Part shown: positions 62,101 to 64,000 of the stretch, piece by piece
How the letters are laid out: every line of letters starts with the position of its first letter
Numbering within the stretch: the first letter of the stretch is position 1
Source: Auanema rhodensis
Lineage: Eukaryota; Animalia; Nematoda
NCBI GenBank assembly: GCA_964057225.1
Contig: OZ059895.1
Span: 9,052,001-9,116,000, forward strand
Reading direction: 5' to 3'
DNA length: 64,000 nt
Program-made: the position numbers and the translations under genes
Notes under the pieces: generated by a model
What the model was told of the DNA's origin: nothing
Seen by the model: only the letters and a program-made list of their open reading frames with translations
Databases searched by the model: none

Positions 62101-64000
62101 AAAACCTTCAAGAAACTTAACAACTTAAAAGCAAAATGTTTAGAAACTTACCTAAATCGCAATCACATTGTGGATCATTGCTAAAGTCTTGTGAACAAAC
62201 ACCTAAGTTACTACAAGGACAAGGTGTTGGAGTTTCACTACTTTCTGAACAAAGGCGTAGCACATTTCCATCTTCTACTACACATGTTGATATAACAGTA
62301 TCTATAATTATATAAATAATATTATATAGTTTAAATATATAAATATAATTATATAATTAAGATATATAGGTATATTACCAGTATGATGTCTTATCATATA
62401 AACACATATCTGGTTAAGTTCGGATTTAGCATTACATTCTTGATCAATATTCATAAAAGAACATGTACTTCCTTCAAATCCTAAAAATAAATAGAAGTTA
62501 TATGAAATTATTTGAAATTATACCATTTGAACATTCACATGTTCCATTTAATGTTTTAGTTTTTGTTCCAATTGATGAACAATATGAATATTGTTTATCA
62601 TTTGAAACACATTCACCATGTCTTGAATCAAATACAAATCCTTTGAAATATTTTTTTATTTTTTTGTTTGGAAATTTGAAATTACCTTCATAACAATCAC
62701 ATTCGTAATTATTCTCATCAATTGGTATACAACTTCCCCATGGACAACGATTTATATTACAAACATTCGTTGGAGTTACTACTGTTGAACCAATCAACGG
62801 AGTTTGAGATGAGGAGAAACCTCCAAATGACGGAGTTTGAGATGAAATTTGTGATAATGTTGTTGTTTCAAAATTTGAATTCATTGGACCTAAAAAATAA
62901 AAAAAATTAAAATATAAAAATTAAAAAAATACATGTATTTGATATATTCCATCCATTAATATCACATATAGCTGTTATATTATATTGATCAATATTGAAT
63001 AAATTTGGACATTTTATAACTTTTGATTGTTTCCTTGATGTAACATATGTTTTTTCTATAACTATGTTACCATAACGAATCTAAAATATATTTTAATTTA
63101 TAAAAAAAAATAATTTTATAAATTACTTGTGGACATATATTATAAATTATATCAAATGATCTTATTTGAGCTGTATCAGATGAATATATTTTAATTGAAA
63201 TATATCGATATTCAATATCTGTTATATTTATAAATAATAATCCAGCATGAGTTGTTGTTGCTATTAAATCTTTATCACCAAATATAGGATTACCAATATT
63301 ATCTATATTTGCATGCATATCTAAATTAAAAATATATAGTATATATAGTATATATAATACTTACAAATATTGAGACTTCCAACAATAACTGAAACATCTA
63401 ATACTAATTGTATTGTATCACTGTATAATTCTACTAACATTGCAGTTAAATAACTAAAAATATATTATTATTATTATTATTTAATTAATTATTATATATG
63501 TTTACTATATATTATATAATTTAGATATATTAAAGTTTTTAAAGTTTAAAAATAGCAAACAGGAAAGGAAAGTTTATAAATTCAGGTATAACCCTTAAAA
63601 GATGTTTTATAAAGCTTAGAATTTCAAATTTAACAGACATATAATTTATATTTAATTATATAATTATATAAATTTATATTACTTACTTGTCTGGTGCTGC
63701 TTTAGATATTGAATATATTTTATTTTTAGAATTATATGACCACTAGAACAGAAGAAGAATTAGTACAAAATACAATTAAAAAGAAAAAAAAACAACATAC
63801 ATCTATTGACATTGTCCAAATATATGTTAAAAATAAATTTAAATCTAAAAATTATATTTAAATTAATTATATTAATTATAATAAATAAATATTTTACCTT
63901 CATGCATCAATGATTTACTATTACAATCAGTACTACCATACCAACTAGCATAATCTCCACCTGAATTATAATTTATTTAAAAAATAAAATATAATTAAAG
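56129..64000 (-). CDS. large type I membrane protein with EGF array, pentraxin/LamG, HYR, sushi-like and ephrin-receptor-like Cys repeats (SVEP1/uninflatable-like); 5' end outside the window
   Basis: Many EGF exons (CSGHGQC..CKCDEGYSGENCE), pentraxin REFTLCGWV, HYR DKIPPVVVNCP..YVASDEAGNTATCEF, CIHCPAGTFQPYEGRSECFGCP, TM VLTGVIIGVGIAIILIGLGIVFYFY, tail ending DDDDDFFG*. Confidence 0.88.

Overview
AT-rich, intron-dense eukaryotic DNA from a rhabditid-type nematode (most introns ~45-55 nt, TTTTCAG-like acceptors just upstream of several ATGs; species not identifiable from sequence alone). The left ~35 kb is a compact block of mostly conserved genes: Ldh_2-family dehydrogenase, tlf-1, ubc-25, rps-15 (with a probable intronic H/ACA snoRNA), a catalytically dead phospholipase-B-like membrane protein, an NDUFA4-like protein, smg-1, hmgr-1, HAPSTR1/C16orf72, IMP3, bbs-9 (with an X-box), a 64-aa membrane microprotein and a TMEM221/Jiraiya-like gene. 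The right ~28 kb becomes much more AT-rich and microsatellite-rich and holds an 8-Cys insulin-like peptide, an RRM + BCL11-type zinc-finger gene, an NPY-like GPCR, Axin (pry-1) with a TCF-site cluster, a 1052-bp-arm palindrome carrying two apparently identical convergent bZIP genes missed by the ORF track, tRNA-Asp(GUC), and the 3' part of a large EGF/pentraxin/HYR membrane-protein gene. Most notable: the bZIP palindrome beside a putative Wnt-responsive enhancer, and an HMG-CoA reductase with no visible membrane anchor that ends in a C(x)3X-type motif. Gene models were spliced by eye; CDS coordinates are ATG-to-stop spans including introns, and orthology calls rest on recalled motifs, not searches.
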